Source: the human T2T-CHM13v2.0 reference genome, Homo sapiens. Taken from it: a stretch of DNA of 64,000 nucleotides. The DNA lies in assembly GCF_009914755.1 (NCBI RefSeq), contig NC_060930.1, one strand, 5' to 3'. The first letter of the stretch is position 1; each line of letters begins with the position of its first letter. Of the stretch, positions 40,811 through 54,800 are shown in pieces. Under the pieces are notes generated by a model. It had not been told where the DNA came from and did not search any database. It saw only the letters and a program-made list of their open reading frames with translations. The position numbers and the translations under genes were made by a program.

Positions 40811-41329
40811 TCCTCCAGTAGCTTTTGCCTTGGACCAACGTGGACCACCCCCCACACCCCTGACAACACCACCCCACACCCCCAACACAGGCATAGGACC
40901 TGAACCCCATGCTCTTTAGCAAGCACCCATGATAGTTTCTAGAAATAGCATTAAGGAAATGGATTTGCCACTAAGGGTGGCTCTGTCCATTGCCAGGCCT
41001 GGAGCAGGAGCAGTTGTTCATGGTTCCTGTCATCTCCCTGGCCTTGCATCTTGGGGTGCTGGAAGAGCCACCCCCTTCTGTGTGGTCAGGCAGGCTCCCG
41101 GGGCTGCCCTGAGCAGATGTGACACGGATCCCCGGCACCTGCTCCACACCTGTTCTAGACTCTTGTTCATTATGTGCCTTGAGTCCTCCTCCGACTCCAG
41201 GTCAGCTGGGAAGTGCCTTCAGGTAAAGGGGCATTCATACTTGTTGAGGGCCTAGGATGCGGTCACACTATGCTAGACACTTCACCTACATCATCTCATT
41301 TGACTCTTTGCAGAAAGTAGCCATGGTCT

Positions 41330-41530
41330 TCATAATAACAGAGCTTTCGATGATTGCTGGCCTCATGCCAGGCAGCACGCAGCACTTCACATGCATTAAC
41401 TCATTTTAATTTCACAGAACCTGAAGATGATACTAATATTATGCCCTTTTCACAGATGAGAACATTGAAGCACAAGTGGGTTAGTAATTTGCTCTGAGAC
41501 ACACAAGAGAAAAGCCAGGACTTGCATCTT
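41330..41530 (-). mobile_element. MIR SINE
   Basis: CACTTCACATGCATTAACTCATTTTAAT...TTTTCACAGATGAGAACATTGAAGCACA. Confidence 0.7.
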
Positions 41531-42833
41531 ATACACCAAGGGATTTTACACTATGTGAGGAGCCAATGTCTCCCTGGGGACTTAGTGTCTTTCTTCCCTC
41601 ACCCTGACCCGCCCTACCCTAAGCTGACTCCTGTCTATTGAAAGGTGACCTGGCTTCAAGGTGCAGGCCATAATTAACACACTTTGGCTTCAATTAGCAT
41701 ATTTGGAGCATCATCCACAGTCTAATGTTTCAGGACAAAGTCAACCTGTCTCTAGTTTGAATGCAGAATACCTGAAGAGTCAAGTGCAAGTTCTTAAACC
41801 CAGACACAAATACAACTTAAAAGTCAAAAGCATACTTTCAAAAGTGGATAATACCAAAGTCTCAGCATTCAACTACTTTAATTTAAAAATGAGGCTGTCT
41901 TACTAGTTTTCCATTCCCCTTGGGGTAGAGAAACCTTTAGAGAGTGCTTCATGGGTCAGTTCCACTCTAGGTGAGAAGGATCCATAGTGCCTTTCTGTGT
42001 ATCTATCACCACACCCTTTGAGAATGCTGGTCTGTACCCCATGATCCCAGCAGAGTGCAGGTGCACCCAGGGACTCTCTTCCATGGTAACTCTGCTCTCC
42101 TCCTTTCCAATAAGCACAAATTCATGAGAAGTCCTAGATTCAATATGGCACCTCTGGGCCTACCAGGCCAAGAGCAGACCACACTTCCTGGGACAGCTCT
42201 GAGCTATAATCGATTCCTGTGCCCAACACCGGCCAGACTGTGAACCCAGAAATTACCTTAGAGGTAATGGAAGGTAGGTCATGGAATGTACGAAACAGCC
42301 CAGCACTTCATCACATGTCACAGGAATAGAAAGAAGCACAAGTAAGGGATATGTCACTGATGACTCACCCATCAGAGATCCACCTCAGATGACATTTCCC
42401 CTTGCTTAGAGTGCCTGTTTCCACTTGACTCTCTTCATCTCACTCATGCTCCAGTGGTGCAGCTCAAATGCTCCCACCTCTGGGAAAACTTCCCCTACAC
42501 CCACGGAATGAATCGCTCCCTCTTCTGACTCCCACAGCGTTTTGTACCAATGTCAACTCCAGCACCTACCACCCTTGAATTGACCTGCTTAGGTCTATCT
42601 CTTCCACCAAACTGAGCTGAGGACAGGAGCAGGGTCTACCCATGCCTGGAGTCCCACAGACTAGCAATACCTAGAACAGAGCAGTGAATGGAGACCTCTG
42701 TGAGAGGAGGGGAACATAGGGGAAGGGAGAGGGAAGGAAAAGAGTGAGGGGAAGAAGGCAGGGATGGATGACAGTAGAGTGGAGTCCATGCATATTCAAG
42801 TTGTTCAGAAAGAAGAGATGGCAAGGTGGAAGT

Positions 42834-43282
42834 CGAATCAGTTTCTTAAGGCTGCTGCAAGAAATGACCATGAACTTGTTAGCTTAAATAACAGAGATTT
42901 ACTGTCTCCCAGTTCTGGGGACCAGGACTCCAAAAACAAGGTACTGGCAAGGCCACACTCCCTCCAGACTCTAGGGAGAATCCCTCCTTGCCTGCTCCAG
43001 TTTTTGGTGGGTCCTGGCATTCTCTGGCTTATGGCTGCATAATTCCAGTCTCTGCCTCCATCCTCATATGGTCTTCTTCCCTGCACCTGTCAAATCTCCC
43101 TCTCCTTTCTCTTATAAGGACACCAGTCATTGGCTTTAGGGCCCAACCTAAATCCAGGATGATCTTATCTTCAGATCTTAACGATATCTGCAAAGACTAT
43201 TCCCAAATAAGGTCACATGCACAGGTACCAGGGGTTAAGACTCTCACTTATCTTTCTTGGGAACACAGTTAAGACCACAGCA
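42834..43282 (-). mobile_element. MLT1C-like solo LTR
   Basis: CAGTTTCTTAAGGCTGCTG...CTTATAAGGACACCAGTCATTGG...ATCTGCAAAGACTATTCCCAAATAAGGTCACAT. Confidence 0.9.
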
Positions 43283-43656
43283 GAAATAAACTCCACATCC
43301 TCGACACCCCCGACCCCCACTATCACCTGGAAGTACTCAGAGGAAGGCACTATTCCAGGGCTTCCCAGCCTTGGTCACTTCACTAGCACACATAGAAATG
43401 GCATTTCAGCAGCACGCTGGGGCAAGGATGCGACTGTTCATGGCCCGAGGCCACCAACAAGGAGATCTGGCTGCCTCATGGCCTTGAGCTGAGGGCATCA
43501 TTATTTCTGCAACCCTGCGGCCCATTCCCAGCAGCTACAGCTCAATGATCCATAAACACATGAGTCACAACACTTGAGGTCACCACCTTCAATCTCACAA
43601 TATCTAAGCTGGCAGAAGGCTCAAAAGCAATGTTTCCCTCTTAAGGGCCACCACCA

Positions 43657-43861
43657 TCTCCTCCTCCTCCTCTTTTGTCTTCTTCTTCTTCCTCTTCTTT
43701 ATCTCCCTTCCTCCTCCTCCTCTTTCTTCTTCCTCTTCTGCTTCCTCTTCCTCTTCTCCTTTTCTTCTTCTTCCTCTTCTGCTTCCTCTTCCTCTTCTCC
43801 TTTTCTTCTTCTTCCTCTTCCTCCTCTTCTGCTTCCTTCTTCTGCTGCTTCTTTCTTCTTC
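43657..43861 (+). repeat. ~200 bp CT-rich polypyrimidine tract (CTT/CCT)
   Basis: Direct reading; source of the low-complexity ORFs at 43574-43926. Confidence 0.95.
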
Positions 43862-45222
43862 AGCATCCACCCACCAGAAGATCTTGCTCTCCTGTTTTGG
43901 CCTCCGGATGGCTAGAGACATGGTAGGCCAGTCTCCACCTTCATCTGAGAATTATCAGAAGAGGTCAGGAGCTCTTTTTTCCCTGTGAACTTTCTCCTAC
44001 CTAGTGGCATGGACCTTCCCTTTCTGGTTGCAAGCCCAGCACCCGGTTTACAGTGCTTTACCTTCTTTCATTACTCCAGTGGGTTTCTAATTATGTTCAG
44101 GGCCTGCCTGAGACCACACAGAAGACTAGTGTCCCCTATTCTTTCACCTCTGTGTGTGTATAGGAAGGCGCCATTCTTCAGCAGTTATGTGGATTTTTTG
44201 CCTGGAGTCTTGAGGAGAGGAAGATACAATTTTCTTTTGTGTGTAACACTCCCACCAGCCCCAACGTGGGTTTCTGGAAAAGGCTGTTCCTCGATAGAAT
44301 TCACTTCACATCTCTATTTTGTATTCTGACGATTATTGGAGTATAAACTGTCCTTCCTGAAACACCCTAATCAACTAACTTGGCTAAGTTCTTTCCTAAA
44401 CAAACACTGTGCAGCTTCCAGTTCTTTTTCTGCAAGAAATACCAAATTAGCTGCTTTGTGGTTTGCTGGTGAGCCCTGAGACCTTCATTTCATTATTAGG
44501 CAGTCCCCAGCCTACAGAGAGAACTGCCCAAAATATCTAAAACTGGCTGTTGTGGAAGTTCATTTCATTTCATTTCTGTGCCTGCTTCCGTTGCTGATCT
44601 TGAACATAGGCTGTATATCAAAATGTTACCAGAGGATGAAAAACACATGAATAAGATGATTATGTTGGCAAAAAAAAAAAAAATCCAATTCTTTTAAAAT
44701 ACCCACATTTCTTTTCAGATTTAATCATTTATTCTTTCATCTGTGCCAGGATGATAGTCAATGTCAGCTGATCTTGAAGATAATCAGTTAAATTTTCCAG
44801 GAATATAGTCTCAAACATGCTGCAAAATGCATGGGGCCCAGCTTTCCATATTTAAATGGGAAGATGATTATTTCAAAAGCAATTTTTGCTGAGGATATTC
44901 ATTTACAAAGCCAGGGAGGTAATTTTGGTGGGAAGAGTCCATCTGCCCTTGCTGGACTCACATCTCAGCGAGGACTCTGACAACTCTGGGAATTTGACAG
45001 GGCTCATTTGCAGCTTCAAAGACAGGAACCATTTAAATTCACAGCCTCCATAACAGTTGGATGTAAGGAATTGTGGCGATGCTGACATTTTGCCCCTGAA
45101 CTCAGCTGTGAGTCAGAACACAAACTATTGCAGTGCCAAAATTTTCAAGGGATGACTTTAATGTTCTCAGCTGGATTAAGATGGGCCATATATATGCTCG
45201 TCTTATGCCCCGTGATCCCTCT

Positions 45223-45362
45223 GGGGTAACAATATAATTTATCATCCAAATGGGAACAGGTCTGAGAGTGAAAGGAGATGATACACTTTTAACAAGTTTC
45301 AGGGGGAAAAAAGAGCATAAGCCAGGACCATTCTAGGCTAACTGGGAAGTATGATCAATCCA
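45223..45362 (+). mobile_element. MER94 hAT MITE
   Basis: GGGTAACAATATAATTTATCATCCAAATGGGAACA...TGAGAGTGAAAGG...GCATAAGCCAGGAC...GTATGATCA. Confidence 0.75.
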
Positions 45363-46919
45363 TCCAGTCGCCCACTTCTCTTCCCTCCCTCCAGGTCCCC
45401 ATCGCATCCCCACCACATCCCTGGATGTCCAATACTTCATGTCCCCAGTGACCTTGTGGCTAGCGGTGGTTATGAGGTGGGGCTGGGGTGGGTGGGTATT
45501 GGTGCAGCCATCTCCACAGCACCTCCCCTCCACCTCACGTTCAGGTTCTGCCACTGTCGCTGTCAGACTACACGGAGATGGCTGAGTAGGGCCCTCTGCA
45601 GAAATGCATATGGCCCTGGATGTACGCTCCCCATCCTCAGTCTACCCCATTGCCAACACCAGCCTCATTGTGTGAATACCCACCTCACCCCCACCAGCTC
45701 CTCAACCGGTTCATATCGTGGAACCCGGAAGCCCAAACTTGCACAGGGCAAACCACACTGAACAACTCCACTGGTGAACCGGCGTTCAGCCTTGATGACA
45801 GAAATTGATTTGGGACCACAGATGAGGGAGAACCCTTGAGAACACAGATGCTCCAACCACTGACCCTAAAGGGAATTGTTTCAGTCACACATGAATAAAT
45901 GTTGTTGTTAGAATTTGCCTAAAGACAGCACTTCCAAAACCTTTCTCAATAAATTTATTCTCATATATGCCAACATGAGCAGCCAGGAACTCCTATGTTA
46001 AACAAGATCCACAATTTAGAACTTATTTCCTCTTCTCTGCCAATGTGGAGCATCCTTTGTTGAGCCATCCCCTCTTCACTGTTTCCTTCCTAACACTTTA
46101 GTCACCTGCCTTGATCCACGTGGTTGCACAATCAATTTCAGTCACACAGATTATGAGTTGAATTAGGAAGGATCATTTCTTGCCTATTACTTCTAGACCC
46201 TGGAAATCAGACTCTTCTAATGGCAGTATTATTTATGGATTTACTTGGGAACACCTAAGTTCTAGATTGGTCATAGACAACCATCACTGCTTGTTTCTAA
46301 ATATAGATTTTACCTTTAGAAATTTCGAGGCTGCCATGCCCCAGGGGTTTTTCCCACTTGGTCTTTGGCTTCTAGCCTCTCCTCTGGTTTATCAAGGACA
46401 TTTGGGTTCAGTATTATGTCTCTCTGCCTTGATGAAACCAGTTAAGGGGAAAACTATCACAAAGTTAGTTACAGATGGAAAAGATCTATAAGAATCTTAC
46501 CTGGGTAGGATGTACAATGCCTTGTAATTACTAGGTACTCAATAGATTTGTTGAACTGAATTAATTTCAAGCCCAACGTGTCCTTTTAAAAAGATGTTCA
46601 GACATGTTTGTAATGTCTCCAGTGAGAATTCTTCTGTCACTTACCTTGGAGTGAGAGCAGTGCCTATTTCATCATTAGGAAAGTTTTGCTTACGAGACAC
46701 GCTTGCAATATATGTTGGACAGAGCTCTCAGCTAGGGGCTTTGATGAACCTGAGTGACATCGTGATGGCACCTGGCCCTGGGACCTTAAGAAAATCACTT
46801 TACCTCTCAGGGCTTGGTGTCCTCATTCATAAAACATGAACCATAAGCCATAACTATACTTTACTCTCTCAGGTCATCAATTCTGTGATTCTATTCCTCT
46901 ACTCAGATAGACAGTACAT

Positions 46920-47280
46920 TTTCTTAAAATTTGTAAAAAGTACTGTTCATGTGAAACACTTAAAACATACAAAATAGCACTATAACAACTATTTGCCATC
47001 CACCAATATTTAACACATCTTACAATTTTGCCATATTTCTTCAAAACCTTATCTTGTTTTTAACAAAATGAAAGACATAACACAAATGCATTTGAAGCCC
47101 TGCTTGACGTCTTCTCTGACCCCTTTCCACTCTGTCTCCTGAGAACTTAGCAGTGTCCTAAGACAAGTGTGCTTTTGTGTCCATCCTTGTTTTTATACGT
47201 TCATAGTATGGGCAGGTATCCATGAACTGTATTTAGTATTTTGTGTGTGTTTTTTTAAAGTTTACATAAATAATGTCATG
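46920..47280 (-). mobile_element. Ancient L1ME-like 3' fragment
   Basis: AAACATACAAAATAG..TATAACAA...CATCCACCA...TTTTGCCATATTT...TTTTAAAGTTTACATAAAT. Confidence 0.45.
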
Positions 47281-50200
47281 GCTCAAACTCTTAAATCCCT
47301 CTTGCTTCTCACTCTAACTTCTGAGAGATTTGGGATCAACAGCAGTATTGAATCAGCCTGTTAAATATCTGTTGAGAGTTTAGCTCATATATCAAATCCC
47401 TTTTCCTAGTAATCATTTTTTGTTTTCTCCTGGAAGTTCATTTTGATTTATATTGTACTTCATTTAAGTCTTTGCTCATCCTTATCACAATCTAAAAGTA
47501 TACATTTTTGAAAGGAGAATTTCTATTCCAAATTCCAGAATTTAAATATTAACAATCTCCAGTCTACTTGTCCTAAGGAGAAATAATTTCTACAGGATGT
47601 AGAATAAAGCATGATGATTTTATTTCATTTATAAACAGTGTCCTTTGAGAAACCTTTAAGAAAGGCTTGCTGAACACTTGGATGGACTGGTAAATTTCTC
47701 ATACTTATTTATCACCATTATCTCTCTTACAAGGTAAGCACCAGAGAAACCCGTGTCTTACGGAGTGCTATAGAAAATATCAGCATGTATAATAATAAAA
47801 ATTCTGTGATTATAGTGATGGCAGTCACTGTTCTTGATATAAGGCACTGGAGAGAAAAGGACCGAGACAAATTAAGGCAGATGTTAACCTTTATTTGGAC
47901 TAAAACCACATGCCCTATAATTATCAGACCAAAAGAAAATTAGAGTCAGCATTATTAAATTCCCTTCAGCTAAAAATGAGTGAGAGTGATAATGACCACT
48001 TACTTTGGAACATCTCATCAATATCAGAGTACAAAGCAATATTCCAACATCTGGTGGAAAATATAAACTTCCTGCATTTTACAAATATTGCTGCTGTGGG
48101 GTGGTGAGAGTCCAAGCTATTTGATAAAATTATGAAAGTCAACGAATGGTCAGGCCAGGATTTGAACTCTGTTGAAGAGATAATATTAACCATTCAAAGA
48201 AGATCTTGCTGTGAGGCAACAGAAAATATCTCTAAAGCAAATGAATTACTATGCATCTGAAATAATGAGCAAGTTAATTCCCCATTTGGGGAGCATCTGC
48301 CAGATTGGTAGCTATCCACCTGGGGAAATGGTCCTTTTCTAAGGTCCCAAGAGACAGGAGACGTGAGAAAACTCAGATTAGTATCCAATGGAGTGTGTCA
48401 GACTGAAGCATCTAGTTGTGATGTTAAAGTTATATGCCGTCCTGCATCTGAGACTCCAAAATAAAAATTCACACACAAAAAAAAGCTTCTTTGAACACGT
48501 TTCTAGCTTACTAAGAGAAGACAACAAATTGTCCCGGAAAATCAAAGACATTGAAGGGAGTTTCTTAAGCATGGAAAACAATCTTTACACATGAAGCACT
48601 GTTTCTGATCCTCCAGAAAAATAACAAAGGGAAGTCCAACATCAAAGGCAAACCTTGATGTATTTCCCCCATACTTTCCCAAGTTCCTCTTGTCATTCAT
48701 TACCACACAGAACAAGCATTTCATACTATTCTTAACTGCTGGGAAAACTAACATTTAAAATGTTTAAAGATTATATTGACTTAATCTCCTTCTGCCATCA
48801 CTATAGTAATGGCTAACATTTGTTGAGTATTTCTTCTGCAGAAGGCACTGTGCTGGATAGTTTATATGCATTTTCCCATATCATCATCATCATAACCCCT
48901 ATAAAGTGATATAGTGAGGGATAAGAAGATCACTCAATGCAAATTGACCTAAGCAAAACAATAATAAAATAAAAAGATAACATAATGAAAAAGCCAAGGC
49001 GAGTTGAGGCACAGCCTGAGCCCTCTGCAGGGCTCAGTGTCAGGACCATGCTCCTCTCTCATCATTCCCTGGCTCCACTTTCTCTGGGTTAGCTCTGTTC
49101 TCCCGCTGGCTTGTGCCTGACAATTTCAAGATGGTGGCCAATAGCTCTGAACCTTATTTCCTGTCGAATTCAGGTCTAGGGAAGGAAACTGGCTTGCCTC
49201 TATCTCAGCGTTCTCAGCAAAAGTCTGGCTCTGAGTAGGACTCCCTCAGGCCCAGGGCCCACGAGGCGGCTCTGTCTCAGCTGAGAGCAGAGAAACGGAT
49301 AGTTCCTAGAGGGAAATTCCAGATGAAGGGTAAGAAGATGCCAGGAAAATATCGGATACAAAATGTATAGGACAGAACAGCTGAAAATATTCTGGGTGAG
49401 GGAAATAGCATGATTCAAATGTGTGCAGGGAAATAAATACAGTGGCTGCGTGAGGAGATAGAGTGTGTGACATCAGCAGAATATGGTGACTGAGCAATGG
49501 AGAGGCAAGCTACCTCCAAAACACAGCCGGCCTTCAACCAGACCTGAATGTTCCCACTAGATTCGGTAGACAATAGAGTCACTGTATAGACTTGGAGAAA
49601 TAAGGTGAAATGTTATTGTGAGGAAAGGGGCTTTCTGGAACACTAGAAAGGTGGATGTGGAGATGTGATTCATTAATGCATTTAATGCCCCACCCCCAAA
49701 ACCTTGCCCTTATTGATGAGTCATACATAGTATCAAAGGATGAAGCTGATCCCTTATACTGATATCTTTAATTCTCTTTATTGCCTCAACCAATCTCCTC
49801 GGACTTCTACCCCACTCATTTACACCAACCACCCAACTATCAATAAATCTGACTTTGGCTTAAGAACAAGGAGACTCTAGGGATGTTTATCAACATTCCC
49901 TTAAATGAAAGCTCATAGACTATTCGTGTGGATGTTTCTGAAGTACTGATATAATCCTTGAGATTAAACAGCGTGGAAGTTGGCAAGAATTGTGCTTTCA
50001 TGATCTAGACAGAACTGGACAGTATTGCTGGCAACTCCAAGCCCCCATTATAGATTTCAGGGGCCAAGAGAAGCTACACCAAGATTTGTTCTGTGTTCTT
50101 CCTCATTGATCCTGATAAGACGTTGTATCTTAGTCTATTTAAGAGAGGAACTTGACAGCTGAAGGTAGAGTGAGGCAGTCTGCCAGGGGAACAGGCATAC

Positions 50201-51284
50201 ATGAAAGTTGGGTCTTTCCCACCAATCTACATCCCAAAGGCAACATCACAGTCACGTCCAAGTAGGAGCGGCACAAAGGCCCTCCTAACACCGTGATCTG
50301 ACTTTAGAAAGGTTGTCAAGAGGTCAAAGAAGAAAAATATGAGTAAAAAAATACCTAGATACAGACTTGATAGTCCTTCATATGAGACTATGAAACTTTA
50401 CATTCTTAACTGTGAGTAATTCTGTTTCTAAAATTGTGCAAAATAGTTCCCCGGACAGGCAAATCTGAACTTGAGATAGATTTGGACACATACGCTGGGA
50501 AGTAATTGGTTTAAAGTTTGTGTTCTTAAGTTTCGTATTTTCCTTGAATAAGACCATAGCATGTTTATTAGCAAAAAGGTAAGCAATTGTTTCTGAAACT
50601 CCTACTTGAAGTGGGTATACACATATAACCTGACACAGTAGAGTATTTGAGTGTCTCAACTAAATTAGGAAAAATAAAAATGTTTAAGGCACTATTTTCA
50701 GGATGTTCATGGTTCCCAAGAATACTGAATTAAAATGGTCTCAAGACAATTCAGCTAAAGCATTAAGTATCTGACTTCTGTGTTTTAGACATGCCTTTGT
50801 TTGGGGCATAAATGATCTTGCTGGGTCAGAGCCAGCAGAGACAAGGAGAAGGCTGGCAATGCACCCAGCATCTCCAAAGCTGGAAATCTTAGGAAAATAC
50901 CTGTTTTTCCTTTCTTTTAGGTCACTTTAGGATCTCGGTGTGAGGCCACAATTTCTTTGGTATCTGAGCTTCTGTGCCAAGGGGGGTGATTGGACATCTG
51001 TGCCTCTGTATTTTTTTTTTTCAGTAGAATGTAGGGGAATTAATGTGGGAGATGAACATGGTAGATGTTGGGGAGCATGTGAAGTTGATAGTACTGGACA
51101 GAAGGTACAGTACTGAGCACTGGAAGAGAAAAATAACAGAGACTTCATTTAAAAATGTCTCTTATGGTGAGAATAAACAAAGGGAGTTGAGAGGGAGGAA
51201 CTGGGCAGAGGCCCACTGGAGAGCTCATGCACCATCACCTGGAACACTGGTACAAGGGACAGAAGCAGACAGATAGAGCCAACA

Positions 51285-51321
51285 GGAGAGGAGAGGAGAG
51301 GAGAGGAGAGGAGAGGAGAGG
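51285..51321 (+). repeat. (GGAGA)n microsatellite
   Basis: Direct reading, about 7 units. Confidence 0.9.
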
Positions 51322-54300
51322 GTGGTGGGACACCAGCCCCTGCCCTCAGTAGAACCAGGCCCCCACATCCACTCAACCTCCCCATGGCAGCCCATGCGTA
51401 CCCCAGACCTCTCCAAGCTGAATGAGCCAAGCAGTGAGAAGGTGAGGAAGTCCACTGAGACTTAACCAGAAGAAGGAGAAGAAAAAGAATTCACCAGCTT
51501 TCAAAAGAAAAGAGAATGAGGAGGAGAAGCCTGCATGCTTCAGTAGTACTACTCTTAGCCATGGGTGAGATGAGCCCCCACCAGGGCCCCACACTTTAGA
51601 GAGTCCTGTATGTTGATTCACCTGTGTCTGTTACCAACAAATGCAAAAAATACAAACATATGACTAGCCATCCAGGGGTAGGGAGTGATCTGTGGCCAGG
51701 CAAATCTGGAATCAAGTCCTCTGACCAAACCATTAAAACATCCAGACAAAAAAAACCATACTCTGAGCCAGAGGATAGCCTGTGCCAGGACCCTAGAAGG
51801 CTGGAGGAACAGGCTGTTCCGGGACCCCAAGGCCCTGAGGCTGCATTCTTGAAGCCAATGGCCTTCAAAGATATATTCCTCAAATGAAAAGGTATGGTTG
51901 ATTGAGTAAGATCTTCTAGAATGGTGAAGTGAGCTCAGGTCTTAGATCTCTGCACAGCAAGAACTGGTAGAGACGTGAGTGTATGGACAGTGTTGTCAGC
52001 AGCTGCGTGTCCCATAAAAAAAATCTAGGGGTCACAGAAGTCACCCAGAGATAGGCCATCTCTTCCTGCCCTGAGTGTTCACCCCACATCTCAGAAGACT
52101 TTGTATTCTTGGCTAATGAAACCAAGAACATAATGTCACCTCATGGTGGAGGTGGGTGTGTTGGGGGGTGCAGGGGGAGTGTAGGAGGACCTCTTTTTGC
52201 TCATCTATAACCCACCTGACACATTACATGCCTTATTTTGAAAAGGTGTTTACCTTAACAAAACAAGCAGGAATGTGATTTCTGGAGCAAGAAGTCAGAA
52301 ATCTCTGAGAATTATCCTCTATCCATTTCAGACACACTGCTATTCACCGCTGCCTAAAGTGCTTCTGATTCTTTGACTGAAAAGTGAGGTTTAGCTTACA
52401 AATATTTTCCCCTTACATCTCACCGGAGGCTGTGAAATTTAACTAGAAGGCATTTCTGATCTCCGATGAAAGGTACTCATTAAGTATAATTGTTGTCATT
52501 ACCTGAATTCTATTTTTACCTTCCTCATTTTTAATATATAGATGGCATGATGTAGTCCACAAGATCTCCAGCATTAGTATTTTTACCCACTTTCCCACAT
52601 ACTGCAGGGCCTGTTCTGGGCTAGAAGGTAGGTTTTTCAAAGCCCTGAGTCCCTGGGCACTAGGCCTTATGGTGCCCTGGGTCCTGTGCTCTTGTAGGTG
52701 GGACTTTCTGGCAAGCATAACATTTCATTCTAAAACAAATACATGGAGAGTTGGCTTGCTGTGGGTACAATTAGTCACTTTCTCAGAATGAGGAGCAAAG
52801 GGCTAATTGTGCTGCAAGTGGACAATTGCTACTGTAATTATTAGCCTCTGTAATTTTTCATCTATACATAATTGCACATGCGGACGAGGAGAGCTTAGGC
52901 TGTCTTCTTGCAATTCCGCCCATGAGGCTTCTCATTGTTAAGCTCAGGTTTTTTTCCACTTTGTATCTGTCACAGTTGGTTGTGCTTTTCCATGATTGTC
53001 TTTTTTCACTCTGTAAAATATAAATGCAAAAGCAGTTTTTTAAAAGTTTCTCAGAACAATTTAAATACTGAATCAGCCCTCTAGTTATTTGGTTTGTGTT
53101 AAATGTAACTTGAGTATTTACAAAGGCAAGTTTCTGGCTGATGTTTATGGAATCACATAAAAGAATGAAGCAAGAAACGTCCCCTCAGCTCTCAGTATCT
53201 GCTCCTCCCTATAATCTGTGCTTTTCTCAAAGTCTCCAAGAAAAGGAGTTGCAAGGCCTCTCAGGGCAACTTCATTTCAGTGTTACGCCTCTAACCTTAA
53301 AATGCCCAAACATGGTATACCCCCAGACTCACTCAAGATTTCAAGGGTCATCATGGTGGCTGTAAGTTAGTTGTTACTTTCTCTGGATATGATGGAACCA
53401 AATTTGTTTTACCTAGGTTTGTAGCCAGAAACCATCATGAAAGGTAAATTCATTTGTTTTAGGTTTACATGTGAAGTTTTTACATGAACTGGTTTTTGAA
53501 GCAGCTGATATTTCTCACAAGGGATGTGGCCAGAGTCCACTCAGCTTCACTTCACTGACAACCCCAAACCCTCAGCTCGTGGCAGAAATGCATCTGGGTG
53601 ATAGAAGAAGGCAAAGAGGAGACTTGCTTTTTTCCAATTTGTGAAGTGGCTTGAGAATTCATACCGAAGGGCATCCCACTCTTCCTGGAGCATGGCTGGA
53701 TCTCCTAGACAAACAAGTTTGGCCGGCACCCATGGTGCTGCAGGATTCTCTTCAGATGAAAACTCCAAATACTCAAGAAGATTCTTTTTAGCTTTGTGAA
53801 CTCTTAAAATACAAGAAGTCATAAAGCTTAGTAATGCTGGGAAAGACAAAATTGGTGTAAAGGATTTAGGAGAAATCATGCCATTAAGCAATCCTTTGAT
53901 TTTTTTTCTTGTTCTTTCACTGGTTCCAAATAACAGTGAAACTCACTGAAAGATATAATATCCACCTGCTGAAGTTGAGAAATAGGCTCAGCAAAATCAT
54001 TTGCTTTTAAAAGTAAACCTGCCTGTACATAAGCAGCAAATGTGCACCCACATGCCTGCAGATCTTTCAGGAAGCCTCAAAATAACATTCAGCTGCTCCC
54101 TACTTTATGACCCCTTAAAGCTGTGACCTGAATCCCCATCTAAGAATGTTAACAGCCACTGCTGAGATCATGCTTTACATTTCCAGCGCCAAAATCCGCC
54201 ATTTTTTCTGCTCATAGTGAACAGTATCCTAAATGCACCACATTTGCTTTTGTGAGGATGCATTTGCCAGTCAGGCTCGATGCAAGCCCAACTGTTTGCA

Positions 54301-54614
54301 CAGCATTAATAAGGGAGGTGGTAATCTGAAGAGCCTTATTTTTGTCCCTAATGTTCACCCCAAAGGGAAATGTGCTTTTACTAATAATAGAGGACGTGAC
54401 CAAAAACACTGAGTATATTTATCTGTTCCGAGTTCATTTGCCAAAGCTGATATTTCCCACCAGAACTCTCTTAGAAAGGCTAAAACAATTAACCTCTTTC
54501 TCAGTTGCCCTGCCAAATGCCAAGGTCTGGCAAGTTTTTGTTTAGATGGTTCAATTGAAGACCAGCCTCTCCTACCCTCGCATACAAACCAAGTTGACAC
54601 GAAATTCTGATGAG

Positions 54615-54800
54615 AAGAGCTAACGTTTGTTGAGCTAAGTGCCAGGCACTGGTTCTAGTGCTTTCCATACATTCACTCATTTCATCTTCAGAATGACCCT
54701 GTGAGGTTGGTGCTGTTAGTATCCCCATTTTACAGTTGTAGAAACTGAGATACAGTGGTGTTAAGTAGCCTGCCCAGGATCACATGGCTGGTAAGTGATG
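54615..54800 (-). mobile_element. MIR SINE
   Basis: GTGCCAGGCACTGGTTCTAGTGCTTT...ATCCCCATTTTACAGTTGTAGAAACTGAGA...TTAAGTAGCCTGCCCAGGATCACATGGC. Confidence 0.85.

Noticed and set aside
43574-43926. Ser/Leu/Phe-rich and Arg/Lys/Glu-rich ORFs
   Set aside because: Artefacts of the CT-rich simple repeat, which lacks stop codons.
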